Below are positions 12,052 through 25,384 of a DNA stretch of 64,000 bases, in pieces. The notes below the pieces were generated by a model, which did not search any database, was not told the origin of the DNA, and saw nothing but the letters and a program-made list of their open reading frames with translations. The position numbers and the translations under genes were made by a program. The DNA comes from Podarcis vaucheri (taxonomy: Eukaryota): assembly GCA_965113315.1 (NCBI GenBank), contig OZ220371.1. One strand, 5' to 3'. Position 1 is the stretch's first letter, and every line of letters starts with the position of its first letter.

Positions 12052-15000
12052 CAGTATGCAACACCCATCTCTGTATGCAATTTTCTGTCCAGCTAGGGAT
12101 ATGCATACAGAAGCCGACTTCTGCCTGCATATAACATGTACCTTGATAAAGTAAATAGGTTTTTAATTCCTGAGAAGATAACAAATATGACTAGGATCAT
12201 ATAACCTTTAATCATAATATTATGATGATGTCTGGGAGAACTTGGAATGGGAGTGCTCAGTTTGGCTACAGTGGACTGCTGGAAGCTTTTGCTTTTTTCA
12301 TCCATTCAGTTTGGTTTTACATATAGGCTTGTTACTAGTGGCTTGTGTCAGCTTAAAAATTGGCCAAGATCCAGATCTGCACAGTTGAGATTGTTGAAAA
12401 TCTTTCATTTTACAAGCTAAGCATGCAGCAACTGCATAATTTTATATATCCTTGCTTCTTCACATTTCCCCAACATTATATTTTGGCTATGCATCTGAGG
12501 TGTTTTTTCCCCATTTAATTTTTCTCTTCCCACAGTGATGACAGTGTACACTATAGACAAGTATTTCCTGGTAAGAGAGTATCTCTAGTATTTCTTACAA
12601 ATAGACCACATTTATAGGAGATCACGCCTATAGTGATAGAACTTTCTCTCTCCCTCATCTCTCTCCTCCATCTCCATATCTAAAACAGAATATTGACTCC
12701 ATAACAAAAAAAAACTTTAAAAAATAAATTTCTAATATTAGTGAGCTATCATGTAAAATGGATATGTACAATACAAGAATAACCAAATTTCTCAGATAAG
12801 TTCCTTGAATCTTTATTATAAGCTAGTCAGCTGTATCTAACAAACTAATACATGCCATTTTTAGAATTGAACTCCATAAACTCTGGGCTTTAGTAGCTGC
12901 TAGTAAAAGTTTACTCTTTTGTGTTTTTTTGTGACAGATTTGATCAGCCTTTTTCCTTTTAGAATACATGTTTTTAATTCTAGCTCGGAATATTTATATA
13001 GTTCACTGTTCTCACTTGGATTACTTTTGTCAGGCACTGTATATTTACTTGCACATTGGTGCAGGCTGCATTTTCCAGCCATTCTGTTACTCAGAGAAAT
13101 GTTCAACACCTGGCAAAATCAGGCTGTTGTGTAGAATTACTTCTGAAAGGTTTATACGGAGCTTTGAATGCATAATTTGTGTTCCACGTTGGTATCCCTT
13201 GCAAAATGTTCTATTGCTGTTGAAAAACAAAGAATTGAAGGCCTAAGATACGACTTCTGAGAAATATAAATGCAAAGCAACACTCACATGATTGTATAGA
13301 GTGTAACTGACCCATGACGGTCAGCATGATGTTGTGATGGAGGAAAATATTACAGCTAGAACATTCTGGCTTCTGTTCCACTTGACTTTGAATATATTAT
13401 CTCTTAGCTCTATCAGCTTTGAATTTTGTTGCTTCTGATGGATTACTGATAAACTTGTATTCACAGTTATTCCAGGGCTTCTTTGAGACCCTGCCTTTTA
13501 TGTATGGAAGGCAATTTGTAAATGCTGAAACTTCCTACTTTTTCTCAGTGAAATAAGACTTTCTTGTTTTCTGGAAACATTTGAAATTCTGCTTTGAAGC
13601 ATACTGATTTTAATATTATGCACATGTTTTGTTGACAACAGTAAAGGAAAATATTATCATGGAAGGATAGAATTTTTTTGCACTGCATAGAGGAAGATCC
13701 ATGAAGAATCTGGTCCTGTCAATAGGCTCAAACCACTTTCACTGGGCACTTTCACAAGACAGTTCGTTGAGGACATGGTGCAGCTATTCATGTTTGCAAG
13801 TTTTTCAGTATCCGCATGACACTGTCATCTGCAAAACACTATCCTGTCCCATCCCCTCTCCCACTTAATCTGGCTTTACTATTTCCATGTGTTTTTAAAT
13901 AAATGATTTTATGCAGAAATGGTAAATCTGGTTTAAATGAGAAAATAAAATGAACATCATTTTATGAGGCTAGCGTCATGTGGACACTACACAAAACTTG
14001 CATGCATCAGCAGCACTATGTCCACAATGAACTGTTATGAAGAGATACCCACTATGCCTTAAAAGGGTGTATGTGTGAAACCAATATTTGGTTTAAAGCC
14101 AGAGAGTTATATTATTGCACATTTAGTCCATTGAGCTATCTCACACAGAGCTGATATTTCTGTATATATTTAAGTTAACAGCATAGTAAAACTGGAAATA
14201 TGGAGCCCTTTTACCTTAAATAAACAGTATGTTCTGAGTGTAATAGAAAAAGGATTAATAGATCCCACAACCACAAAGAAGTCAAGAAACTGAGCACCAT
14301 TCAAGATTTCTTTCGTATACGAGTGAATGTCTGAGTGCTCCCTTAGCTGTCACACCACATGAAACAGAACAACAGACACACTTCCAAGTTTCAGGACAGA
14401 TCTGCCCATCATCCCTAATTCCCTTTCCCTCACCATTCAATACTGTTTGTAAGCATAGGGGGAAAGGTGACAAAATGAAGAATACCTGAAATTGTAGATT
14501 TCTCCAGACTAGGTAAAATTGCATTTTGCTCTCTCACCTCTATAGTGCGTCTCCAGCACCATCGCGTAGCATCCAGGTCATAGCAGTCTTTTACTTCAGT
14601 CTCAAGAACCTTTTTCTTCATAGATTCCTAGAATTGTAGAGTTGGAAGGGACCCCAAGGGTTCCTTCAGCAGTCACTGGAGGTGACATCTATTTTCCTAA
14701 CTGCTGTAGACCTTAATGCTTATGGTAGTATTCACTGCTCAGACATTGAGCTGCCTTATTGTCTTCTTTTTAAATTTCAGCCCTATTGCTTGCTACTTGT
14801 TTTTGGTGTTGTTTTATTGTATCTTGGAATTGTCTGTCCAATAAAAAGGTATCCTAGGAGACAAGCAATAGAAAAGCTAGCAAGACCTACTTACAGAAAA
14901 GGGGTTGGGTGTTCAACATAATTAAACATTGATTGTTATTAGACTACCCAACATCAGAGAGGATTGTTTTTTGCCAATATTGTAAGGTTTCTCTTGGTGC

Positions 15001-15668
15001 AGAAGGTCTCAAAGAAAAACAAAACAAAAAGCAAAGTAACTAACTACTGAGTACCTTATTGTGTTGTGAATTCTTACTCTCCCTCCCTCCCCAATATGAA
15101 TCTGATTTATATTGCTGCTTCCTGTCTGGGTTTGTCTGCTGTCTAGTGCTGAGTTTACTTTGCCACTATGAGGTCAGTATATAAAGATTTAACACAGATC
15201 TGATTTGGTTAGGCAATCCTTTCAGCTTTATTAAATCAACAACTAGGCAAATCCCTAATACAAAAAAATCCAGGCATGGATGATATCATAATTATCATAT
15301 TCTAACACAATAAAGCAAAACTATATGACTTAATTGAGTGGAACTCTACCAAACCCTTTCTTTGATTGATAAATCAGGTTATGTCTGATATCATAAAAGG
15401 AAGTCTCAGATCTATACTCATTAGCAAACCACACCATCCTCTTCCTTCCCCCACCAATGTAACCTTTGCTCATTTCTTATCTAGTTTTCTGCAATGCTTC
15501 ATGTTGAATCTTTCTAGTATTAAAACCATTTTAGAATAAATGTGCACATTGCTATCACCAGACTTTAAACAGTAAGGGCCTCCTGCCTGCCTTAGCCCAA
15601 GTATAGTACAGCTGAAAGTACCCAACACTTTAAGGCAGAGAAATGTAAACTATGTCAGTAAATATTCT

Positions 15669-15786
15669 GGGTTGTATCCAACCCATCTGGTTATATTCAG
15701 ACCCACTGAAATTAATGGGCATGACTAACTTAGTCCCATCAATATCAATAGGTCTCCTTTGAGTAAAACTTACTTGGCTACAACCC
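15669..15786. mobile_element. Old palindromic MITE
   Basis: GGGTTGTATCCAA ... TTGGCTACAACCC termini. Confidence 0.55.
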
Positions 15787-17805
15787 TGTATTTGCAATAA
15801 TAGCAACACATTGCAGGTACCAGTTCATTGTGCAATCAACACACTCACCGTGCATATCCTTAGTTGAGAAGATGGTTACTGCAAAATGTATATCTAAAAT
15901 AATATATAAAAATACTTACAGTTCAATAGAAGAGAGTGTTTCAAATAATATCAAAATATAACTCTGGTACAGCTGTAAAAATTAAGCATGACTATCAAGA
16001 GCTGGGTGCTAAATGTGAACATCTGGAGGTTGGAAACTAAGGGACACTGGAGTTTGGTCAGGTGTTGTCTGTGTGAGACCATTCAGTTATTTCTCTTGTA
16101 GCAATATAGCCACACAGTCGGGCTATGTTTTATCTTAAACTCATACTGAAGCCATGAACTAGGAGATCTATATTTAACTTCTATTCTGCTTCTCTGGAGA
16201 CACTTGCCAGATGTTGGTCTCTGGGTTAAAGCTACTTATTCTCACCACAGACTTTTGTAGGTTAGAAATTACCATGAGCATTTGTTTTAGTAACATTATA
16301 TTTTTCCTATAGCCTGCATGTCTTTGGTCAGGTTTCTCAGTATTTATATCTTAGAAATTAAGCTCCGTCTCTCTGCCGTATGTTTTCCCCACTGTCTCAG
16401 GCTAAATAGTATTGCATGTGTAGAACACAATCACCAGCACAGGCCTCTGTTTCCCAGTTAGTAAATCAGACAAGGGGAAATGCTGATTTTGAAAGTACTT
16501 GGAGATGGAGGGGTTTGTGAGTGCTGGATGTGCTGAATCAGTGATCCAACACCCTCAAGATGCATGGAAAAATTCACAATCTGCTTGCTGAGAGCTGCTT
16601 GTAGAAAACTAGAAGTGTTGAGATGATTCTTAATACTGAGCATGTCTCCAAACTTAAACCACTGGAATGTTATCTTCACTGATAACTCTATTGCTTACTG
16701 AAGCATTTGAGTCAATTACTGTATAACAGGTATTGTACATACCTTGAACCTGCTTATAAACTTTACAGGTTATGTATGTCACTAAAGTCTTAAAACCAGG
16801 ACTGAGCAAAATAATCAGTCAACAGAAAATTTGGGGATGGAATTTGGTCTTTGTGGGGTAGGAAATCCCCTTGGAAAAAACTACTCAATTTACTTCCAGA
16901 TTTGTTTCTTCTATGCCTGTTACAGCCACAATAATCACTACTATTTTGCTGGAAGATCTGGAGAGTTGTCTGGTTGCCCAGGCAATGTGTAGATGCTGTC
17001 CTGTCTTCCAGCACTGAATGGTTGGGTGTGGGGTTATTCAGTGTCAGGGGAAAACCTCTAGCTCCCTTCATGCATTGATTAAAATAGGGGTGCAACTTTG
17101 CTGCCTGCAAACAAGGTTCCAAAGTAAGCAAGTTAGTTTCAGTTCACATCTATTTAAGAATAACTGCACATTCTGTAGGTTATTGGCTAAAACTTGACCC
17201 AGAGAAATCCAAGAAAGTGTTGGGTTAACACTTGACCCCACCATTCATTGAATGCCTGTTCCCCTTAAGGGCAAGTATCTGCTGCAGCTCCAGCTTCAGT
17301 GTATTGTAATGAGCTTGCGTATTCTGAGCATGACCTTTGAAGCCACTTGGAGCATTCCAAAGCGGGATGGTGGGATTAAGTTTCAATGCTGACTGAAGAG
17401 TGTCAGTACCTAGCCAGCTTCCCAGAAAAGCCTGTGGAAAGCCTTTTAGGGAGGGTGCTCAAAGCTGGTGGGAATCTTTCACCAGACATTCAGCTTAGGC
17501 AATTGGAAGAAGAAAGTGGAGCCAGGGTGCACTCAAGGAGGCTGATAAGTGGAAGGAGGAGCTGGAAGAGTGGCTACAGATGAGAAACAGAGGAACTGAA
17601 GAGGAGCAGGGACTGGTTCCCAGTACCTAAGAGGGCAGTGTGTCATCAGCTGATCATCAGAATTCCACACTCTGCCTTATATTGAGCTCTGATCAGGCCT
17701 TGTTAGCTATTTTAGAGCACTGACGAGGACTTAACCTTTTCTCAGGCGGCTTCTTATGGAAGCCATGCAAAGCCAGAAGAACTGGTATATGCTTCAACAA
17801 ATGTA

Positions 17806-18068
17806 CAGTGGTGCCTCGCAAGACGAAATTAATCTGTTCCGCGAGTCTCTTCGTCTTGCGGTTTTTTCGTCTTGTGAAGCACGGCTATTAGTGGCTTAGC
17901 GGCTATTAACGGCTTAGCGGCTTTAAGAAAAAGGAAACAAACTCGCAAGAACTCACAAGACGTTTTGTCTTGCGAAGCAAGCCCATAGGGAAATTCGTCT
18001 TGCGGAACGACTCAAAAAACGGAAAACTCTTTCGTCTTGCACGCTTTTCGTCTTGCGAGGTACCACTG
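17806..18068. mobile_element. Tc1/mariner MITE, family B
   Basis: TA|CAGTGGTGCCTCGCAAGACG...CGTCTTGCGAGGTACCACTG|TA; internal TTCGTCTTGCG repeats. Confidence 0.9.
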
Positions 18069-18689
18069 TAGTGGCAGCCTGATGGATAGGAGGTGCTCTG
18101 ACAACCCTCTTCCCCCTTATGAATTCACTCTCTGCAATTCTTTACCAGTCCTGCATTATTTGTAATGAGGCTCTGTTTTCCCACCCCTGTCATTTAGATA
18201 CTGGGCGTATTTTAATCAACTGAAGAGAATTTTATTATTGCATTAAGTATGGACAAGGACTTATTCTAAGCCTGTAAAAGGGATGGTGTTAATCATTAAT
18301 CCTTTCTTCTGAAATATAGTTATGGTCTTCATTGACTAAAGGGTGTGGGAATGTATGAGATTATTTGCAATAAATAAAATATTGTACATTTGTTTTAGAA
18401 TATCTCTTACTGCTGTAACTTATAGGTTGCCTCAGGCATATTGCATTGTGGCAAATCTCTTTTTATTTGTTAATACTAAGGGCACAAACAATATGTTGTA
18501 TATAAAACATAGTAACAGACTGCTTTTTTTATTCTGTTTGAACCAAAATCCAATGTGTTGGCCTAAATTTTGCAAGAGTGTGTCAGTGTGGGTGTGTAAA
18601 TATAATGGAATAAATGGATGTGGGATTATAGCTACAATTTTATCTTTCTTGCCAGGATTCCATGAGGAACGAGTACTTTTAAAATGCCT

Positions 18690-19017
18690 TCAGTTTCCAA
18701 GAAGGTTCAGCCCCTCTAAATGCAACTTTGATGTTGTGATTTTCTCTACAGGGACTGCTGCTCAGCCCACCCTATGTTGGAACACTGAATATCATGATGA
18801 GGATCTGATCCTGAATGGAGATACTGAATGCTACCAAAATACAAGTAAATAAAAGTAAAAGTAATAACATAATAATGACAGAGAAATGCTGCTTCACAAG
18901 TTTACCCAGTAAACTCAAATTATTTTTATGGAGAAAAAATGGGTTTATGCACAAAAACATACCGTTAAGCATTTTATAACAATGACATATTGCATTCATT
19001 CCTCTTGTGAGGAACAT
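18690..19017 (-). pseudogene. Pannexin-like TM3-EL2 remnant
   Basis: ORF 18772-19017 HKNNLSLLGKLV...IIMLLLLLLFTCILVAFSISIQDQ (cf. KKNSNNLIIKYI...FSLSSLSDE). Confidence 0.5.
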
Positions 19018-19377
19018 GTGCCAAGTAATTATAGTAGTTGTCTTGTAAAGTACAGGGCCAGATATAATCCAAAGCTACACTTCGATCTCACGATCAGCAT
19101 TCTTGAATTATAGCACCATTGACTGAACAGAAGCTGATAATTTGACTTTGATATCTAGGTTATACAACACTTATGGAATTTGCCATATATATCCTTAACT
19201 ACCTTCCTTAAAGGAACAAAAGTAATGAACACTTGAAGGGCATGGCTATGGTGTACTGGAAGAAGTTGCTGCATTTAATGCTAGTTAGTTAGTTCTCAGC
19301 TGGACTACCACAGTGTGTGTGTGTTTTTGTGTGTGTTTAGAAGTGAAGCTACAGGTGAGTGAAACATATATGATTAC

Positions 19378-19446
19378 TGCATTGCAGGGGTTTGGACTAG
19401 ATGACCCTTGGAGTCCCTTCAAACTCTACAATTCTATGATTCTATA
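19378..19446 (+). mobile_element. CR1 3' tail fragment
   Basis: ggactagatgacc...ctctacaattctatgattcta. Confidence 0.7.
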
Positions 19447-19459
19447 TAGGGTTCAGAGT

Positions 19460-19780
19460 TCAAATCTCAACTTTGAAAGAACAGAGTCTGTTTTGGCTGG
19501 ACAAAAAAGGATTAAGAATGGATATGATAAACAGTTTAAATACTGCACATATAGCCAAAAACTTGTGGGAGAATGAGAAATAACAGGAACTGTTGTTCTG
19601 GGATATATAGAGGACAGTGTAGTTGAGAGGTGCCGCTCTATATGTCAAAAAGCAAAATAAATTCATAAATTAGGAATCTTAGAAGAAACAAGATGTTCGG
19701 ATTGAATTATCCAAGCAAATAATAATATAGTACTAAGGACATATTACTCTTCACCCTTTTCAGGGGCTTTCTCCTTAGCA
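19460..19780 (-). pseudogene. Pannexin-like domain, N-terminal half
   Basis: EKAPEK; hydrophobic TM1; ORF 19460-19666 LFCF...SSCY...FSHKFLAICAVF. Confidence 0.6.
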
Positions 19781-20739
19781 GAAACTATGCATGTAGCATC
19801 AGCTTCCTGCCAAAGACTTTGGGACTTGCGGTTCTAGTACCTGGAGAGAAAGGGTGCTGTTCCAGGACTTGGGAATGCTTGAACCTGCTTTCCACTGCCT
19901 CAGAGTATGTTTCTTGGCCTTGAAACAGAGGAAGGGAAGGTTATGCATTCATACCAGTGCTCTATACTTGTGGATATGCAATTACAGGAAAAACGTGCAA
20001 AATACACTTTTTCACTTGGCCTTTGAGTCATTGTGAGGGTGTTAACAACTTGGTTTAGTGAACTGTCCATTAGAAGTATTTGCTTTCCGCTTTAGTTTTT
20101 CATTATTTTGCTATATTGATTTTAGTTTTGGTTATTATTATTTTTGTATATCTTTTAGTAAACTACTCTGTGGTGCTAATATGAAGAGTGCAATAAAAAT
20201 GAGATAATAAACAATAATAATGAAAAATGCATTACATGGTTGATTATAAGGCCTAAACATTGGTCTGCATAGAGAGTGTCTCTAAATGATTTTATGATGC
20301 TGTATTTGTTTTTTAAGTTTCCTTTTAGCAGTAATACTTATTTTCTGTCAGTTCATCAACATAGTCCTCACAGTAAAAAAACATTGTATGTTTGGCAGAT
20401 GTGGCCAATCTGTGCCCCTCCTGAATGACAACTCCCATCATTCCACTGGCCATGCCAACTGGGTCTCATGAGAGTTGTAGTTCAGCAACACCTGGAGGAC
20501 CAAAGGTTAACTACCCCTCAAGGCTTAATTGATAACAATCTGCCTCCCTCGCCCCATGCCCCCAACTGAAAAAAATATTACATGTTCATTATCATAGCCT
20601 TCTTCCAGTGTTTCTTCAAAAATCTGAATTCTCCCTAATGTTGAATGAAAATATGAAAGTTATCCGCAAAAACTGGTGTTGTATTATAAAACCACATTTG
20701 TATCAAAACAAACTATAGGAATGTTCAGTTTCAACCACT

Positions 20740-20821
20740 GAATCATAGAATTGCAGAGTTGGAAGGGATCCCGAGGGTCATCTAGTCCAACCCCCTGCAA
20801 TGCAGGAATCTCAATTAGCTC

Positions 20822-20871
<50 letters not shown>

Positions 20872-21232
20872 TTATTATTTGTACCCCGCCCATCTGGCTG
20901 GGTTTCCCCAGCCACTCTGGGCGGCTTCCATAGAAACCAAAAATACACTAAAATATCACACATTAAAAACTTCCCTGAACAGGGCTGCCTTAAGATGTCT
21001 TCTGAATGTCAGGTAGTTGTTTATCGCTTTGACATCTGCTGGAAGGGCGTTCCATAGGGCGGGCGCCACTACCGAGAAGGCCCTCTGCCTGGTTCCCTGT
21101 AGCTTTGCTTCTCGCAATGAGAGAACCGCCAGAAGGCCCTCGGCGCTGGACCTCAGGGTCCGGGCAGAATGATGGGGGTGGAGACGCTCCTTCAGGTATA
21201 CATGACAGACGGTCATCCATCCTCTGCTTAAA
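20740..21232 (-). mobile_element. CR1 3' fragment hosting a nested L2
   Basis: gaatcatagaattgcagagttggaaggg...gcaggaatctc resumes as catgacagacggtcatccatcctctgcttaaa after the L2. Confidence 0.75.
20822..21200 (-). mobile_element. Young L2-clade LINE 3' end with (TTA)n tail
   Basis: ORF 20956-21216 RTLRSS...RAFSVVAPALWNALP...FRRHLKAALF. Confidence 0.9.
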
Positions 21233-21399
21233 TGTATTAATATTTATGTCCTGCTTTTTCTAGTAAGAAAGTTAGGGAAATAGGGTAATTATTAGCTTCC
21301 AACTGAAGAAAGGTTTTTCCTGCCAAGTAAACTTGTAGCAACCTATTTCCACCAAGTGGAACAATTTAACTGTAGTATTGAAACACAATATGACCTTAA

Positions 21400-21690
21400 A
21401 CAGTCTTTCTAATTTTGTTCCATTCATGATCAAGAAATGGTAATTTAAATTACTTTAAACCCATTATAATTTGAATAATTACAATTTATTAATAATTGCG
21501 TGATTGGATTTTAAATGCACAATACAATCACAAATAATCTTGTTGAATTAAGAAACTTAAAGTGAACTAGAAACAACCCTAATACAGCTGGATCATTGCT
21601 CAACTTTAACATTAGAGCTCTATAATAGGTTCATAGGAATTCAAAAGCACAAAGGGGAGAAAGACTGATATGGCAACAGCTCTTTTTCTT
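21400..21690 (-). pseudogene. Pannexin-like domain, N-terminal half
   Basis: RAVAISVFLPFVLL (cf. KMVTCIAVGLPLLL); FKFLNSTRLFVIVLCI. Confidence 0.5.
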
Positions 21691-21789
21691 TTATTCTTTT
21701 CATTTTTCATCTATGAGGTTACAATTTTTGCAGCTGGTCAGAAATATCATGTTCCCTACTGTCTCAAAAGACTGTACATGACTAATCTT

Positions 21790-22640
21790 AACCATGCTTC
21801 AAACTGAACATATAAGCAGCTGTTGAAAATACAGCAGGCATTATGAAAAAGTTTACCAATGTGCCAACAAGCAGAAAGCACCATCTTTTACAATGCCTGT
21901 TAATATATATTTGAAGCTATAAATTTGAGCACTGCAGACATTTGCATTTTGCGTCACATTAGTTGTATTTTTGTAGAAGTTTACCTAATGGACAAATTGA
22001 CTACTGGTTTAATGGGCAATCATTCTGCAGAGCATTTAACAGAAGCATCTACTGAGATAGGCTTAGATTTTTGAGGTTGATGGTAGAGTTTTTACAGGAC
22101 AGTCCCCAAATGGTAGATGAGCTTTTGGAATAGCTGTAGCTAAGATAATATACTCGTAGATTAATATTTAAGTAATTACTTAAATTACTTAAATATTTAA
22201 GCATTACTTATCCACACCATTCTGTATCTTAATCCTAATAGAATACAGTCAACAAGAAATAGTTTTTCATTCTAATTATTGTGCCAATTTTTCAAGTTTA
22301 CATAAATTAGTTGCAGCACAATATACAAATACAGTGGTGCCTCGCAAGACGAAATTAATTCGTTCCGCAAGTTTTGCCGTTAGCGAATTTTTCGTCTTGC
22401 GAAGCACGGTTTTAACGGTTTAACAAAGTCGCAAGACGTTTTCGTCTTGCGAAGCAAGCCCATAGGGAAATTCGTCTTGCGAGGCAAATCGCAAACGGAA
22501 AAACCTTTCGTCTAGCGAGTTTTTTGTCTTGCGAGGCATTCGTCTTGCGAGGTACCACTGTATAGTTTTGATACCTTACTGCACAATGTTCCATCTTAAT
22601 GCTTAACAATTGACTTACTGTTGTTATAAACCACTGACTC
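21790..22640 (-). pseudogene. Pannexin-like domain split by a mariner-type MITE
   Basis: LSIKMEHCAVR | TISC*LYSIRIKIQNGVDK*CL; YEYIILATAI; TIWGL...NLK; FKYIL; FFIMPAVFST. Confidence 0.65.
22332..22560. mobile_element. Tc1/mariner MITE, family B
   Basis: Same TIRs and TA TSD as 17806-18068. Confidence 0.9.
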
Positions 22641-22949
22641 CTGTGGCATCTTTAAAGACTTTATTTATTGTGGCATGAACCACTGCCAAACAGTAGGACA
22701 TACTATGTGGACCACCGGTTCACATATTCTGTAAATCTGTGCACTTGCAGGAGCGGTGCTGTTTTTGCTGAACACTGTATTGCAACTACTAGCCTCAGTG
22801 CATTGATCCCCTTCAAGCACACCAGGCAGTATGATCTGCAACGGTTCCCTGCCTCCAAGGTCTAGTGTCCCATAGAGGAAATAAATTCATGCAGAGCTAC
22901 TCGCTCTGCTGATATGAGTCACCATATGCAGACGCTCTGGACTGTTATG

Positions 22950-23420
22950 TATACCTTTAAATCAGAATTAAAAGATATTAAACTGCAGATATTTCCAAAC
23001 ATCTCTAATATACTTTACACATTTGAAATCCTACTTTCTTTATTGGCTCGAGAGTCAACATTGTCAGAGTGATAAGACGACTCGGCAATCAAAAGTGCCA
23101 TCAAGCTTGAAAACCTTTGTGGTCAGCATGCTTCATTTGGTAGTTTAAAGTGGCTTGCTCACCCTTTTATTTCTGAATTTAAAAGTGTTTAATTCCATAA
23201 ATTTGAAAAGAGTAAAAGTCCATTATTTCATGGGAGCAAATAGATTTGATGAGCATTTGAATATTTTGGGTCAGCACATTGGCATTTAAAATGCCGCCAA
23301 TTAGTGCTGAAGGTTCAGAATTCAGCTCAAATGTAGACAATGACAAAAATAATGATAACTGGGACACAAATGAATAGCTCAGAAGACTTTCAGAAACATA
23401 ATTTCTATCATAAGTCTGAG
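22950..23420 (-). pseudogene. Pannexin-like domain remnant
   Basis: ORF 23179-23538: hydrophobic TM1, then LIKSIC. Downstream DGTFDCRV, FQMCKVY, LEMF, LKVY. Confidence 0.55.
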
Positions 23421-23839
23421 AAGGAGGGCTGGTAGTTGTCTTAAAGCTAATCCTAACCACAAAGGTTTGTATACAAAATAGAATACAGATTTTTGCACAA
23501 CAAAATGTTCTCCCCCTCCCCTCCCCTGTGTGCCCCATAAACCTGTAGTAGGGGTTCCCCTAACGCTTCAGAACAAATTTAGGGAGGGCGTGGTGGGAAG
23601 AGAAGGGGGAAGTTGATTGATTTATTGTGTTTATGACACTTTTCCCACAATGAACTGTTCTCCATGCAGCTTACAGCAAACATTCAAAACATCAAAATAC
23701 AAAGCACTGGGAATATAAATAAACAAAATACTGAATTCAATACAGGAGTTAATAAACAAACATTGGCACGTAATTCAACATATCCCCAGACGCAGTCTTT
23801 CCCCATTAATTGGTCTGAGGAAGGGCAAAACTATTAAAG

Positions 23840-24250
23840 AATCCTTAGATCGGATATTCTTCAACTGGAGACATCTTGTAATGCAGTTCAGGGCCATTCT
23901 AAACGTTGGCACTGCAGGGTCTTCCACATGTCACTTAACGTTAGAGTTTCAGGGTCCACACTCTGCATGCATTTGGAAATTGAACTGTTCTTCAACTTGC
24001 CAATCACCACATGTCATGTACGGGATTATATGCCCGTGTAAGAAAAATGTATGTATGATAAGAATTCTATTGTGGATGCACCCCTGGTGCAACACTACAT
24101 CGAATATGGCCATACAGATGAGGACATGTTTTTGGTGTTACAGGCTTATACGCCACACCAGGATAACTTACCAGATGTTAAAAATATCTTTTTACAATTA
24201 GAGTCCAAGTGGATCTTCCACCTAGATACAGTTACTCCAAACGGCTAGAA
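23840..24250 (+). mobile_element. Penelope-like element fragment (GIY-YIG endonuclease)
   Basis: TCQSPHVMYGIICPCKK..V; APLVQHYIEYGH; LESKWIFHLDTVTPNG, typical PLE endonuclease motifs; frameshifted. Confidence 0.8.
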
Positions 24251-24790
24251 CTTTCATTTAGAATTGAGTTGTTTTCTGTGATCCCTTTTTATGATCCTTT
24301 AGTAGATCATCTTTGATGAAACAAGAGTATTGTCCTGCTTCTGGGCATCTCAAGGCATCTGATTGGCCACTTTGAGAACAGAATGCTGCACTGGATAAGT
24401 ATTTGATCTGATCCAGAAGAACGGTTCCTGCATTCTTACAAACTATTTCATCTGTTCCTGTGGCTATGTTGATACCATGTTCCATTCTGGGCAAGGGATC
24501 TTCTAATATTGCTCCCTTTCCCTTTCTACCTCTTGCCAGCAAGTTTTGTGGAGCCACCTTTTTGTCCTCTTAGTACCATACCTTCTGGTCCAAATTGCAT
24601 TTATTTTTTACACTGATCCATCAGTCCGATGGTGGTATTGCCTACTATTTCAGTGTGCATTCTTCCTTGTATACATGTTCCCTACACATTTCCATTGCAA
24701 AATTCTTATTACATGTACAGTAATAAAAAGGGAGGACTGCGTGCCATTACGTGGATATGCCATTTATAATAATTGATCCTGCACTGGGAC
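24250..24790 (-). pseudogene. Pannexin-like domain remnant, cut by a SINE fragment and a Penelope insertion
   Basis: ARSPPFLLL..EFCNG (cf. VGSPLLL...EFSSG); TDEIVC; YSCFIKDDLLKD...TQF*MK (cf. FSCSIKTGLLSD / DQFQCK). Confidence 0.6.
24335..24430 (+). mobile_element. 3' part of an old CR1-tailed SINE
   Basis: ggccactttgagaacagaatgctgcactgga...tctgatccag. Confidence 0.55.
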
Positions 24791-24829
24791 TTGATTCTGT
24801 TCTTGGGATAGGGGCTGTCATCTATCATA

Positions 24830-25280
24830 TGTTCATACTTTTATGAGATAAACATGTAAATATTAATTACCAGCCAACCCCGTGTTTCTGTTACATTAAT
24901 ATAATGTAGTCACAATCCTATGCAATCCCAGCAATAAAGTAGAAAGCAAAACAGTAGCAACAGAAACAATATATAACATAGCAAATGCAAATATTTTTAT
25001 AGTGTCTCGGGTAACTTTGTTGGCATTGGGCATTGATAACACTCCCACAATCAATTGAGACCTAGCAATGTGGATGGCAATCATGGCTGCCAGCAGCCAC
25101 AGCTTGTACAGTTTTGCATTGAGATTTGAACTACTGGCATCACAAACTTGACAAGGAACAGGATATATGCAGGCCATTTGACAGATAAGTAGCCAAACAA
25201 GACAAGACAGGGACTGATGCTATGCTAATCACAACAGCCAACCAACTTCTAAGTAGGTGTTTTAATATATAACGCAAGAA
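24830..25280 (-). pseudogene. Pannexin-like domain (TM register ambiguous)
   Basis: WLAVVISIASVPVLSCLATYLSNGLHISCSLSSL*CQ*FKSQC (cf. [26 protein letters not shown]). ORF 24896-25177 has two more hydrophobic helices. Confidence 0.6.
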
Positions 25281-25384
25281 CTAATATTAATAGAAATAAA
25301 ACCGCAATCTATCAATTTTAATTGAATTTTTACTCAAATATAAGTATGATCCTCAATTTACATATTTAACTTATACATTATTTT

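Noticed and set aside
17300-18105. Possible solo LTR
   Set aside because: Composition is suggestive but no TSD or confident termini were found.
3307-18852. Frame-compatible + strand exon chain 3307-3325, 12536-12570, 18752-18852 (DEKYTFRDDSVHYRQVFPGTAAQ...)
   Set aside because: The peptide matches nothing I recognise. Two of the pieces are better explained as the antisense of pannexin TM3 segments (LTRKYLS near 12.56 kb; ORF 18772-19017). Not fully excluded without RNA data.
24896-25280. Connexin (GJE1/GJD4-like) or GPCR interpretation of the hydrophobic ORF
   Set aside because: Partial resemblance only; the neighbouring repeats show the pannexin pattern of two Cys per loop and pannexin motifs.
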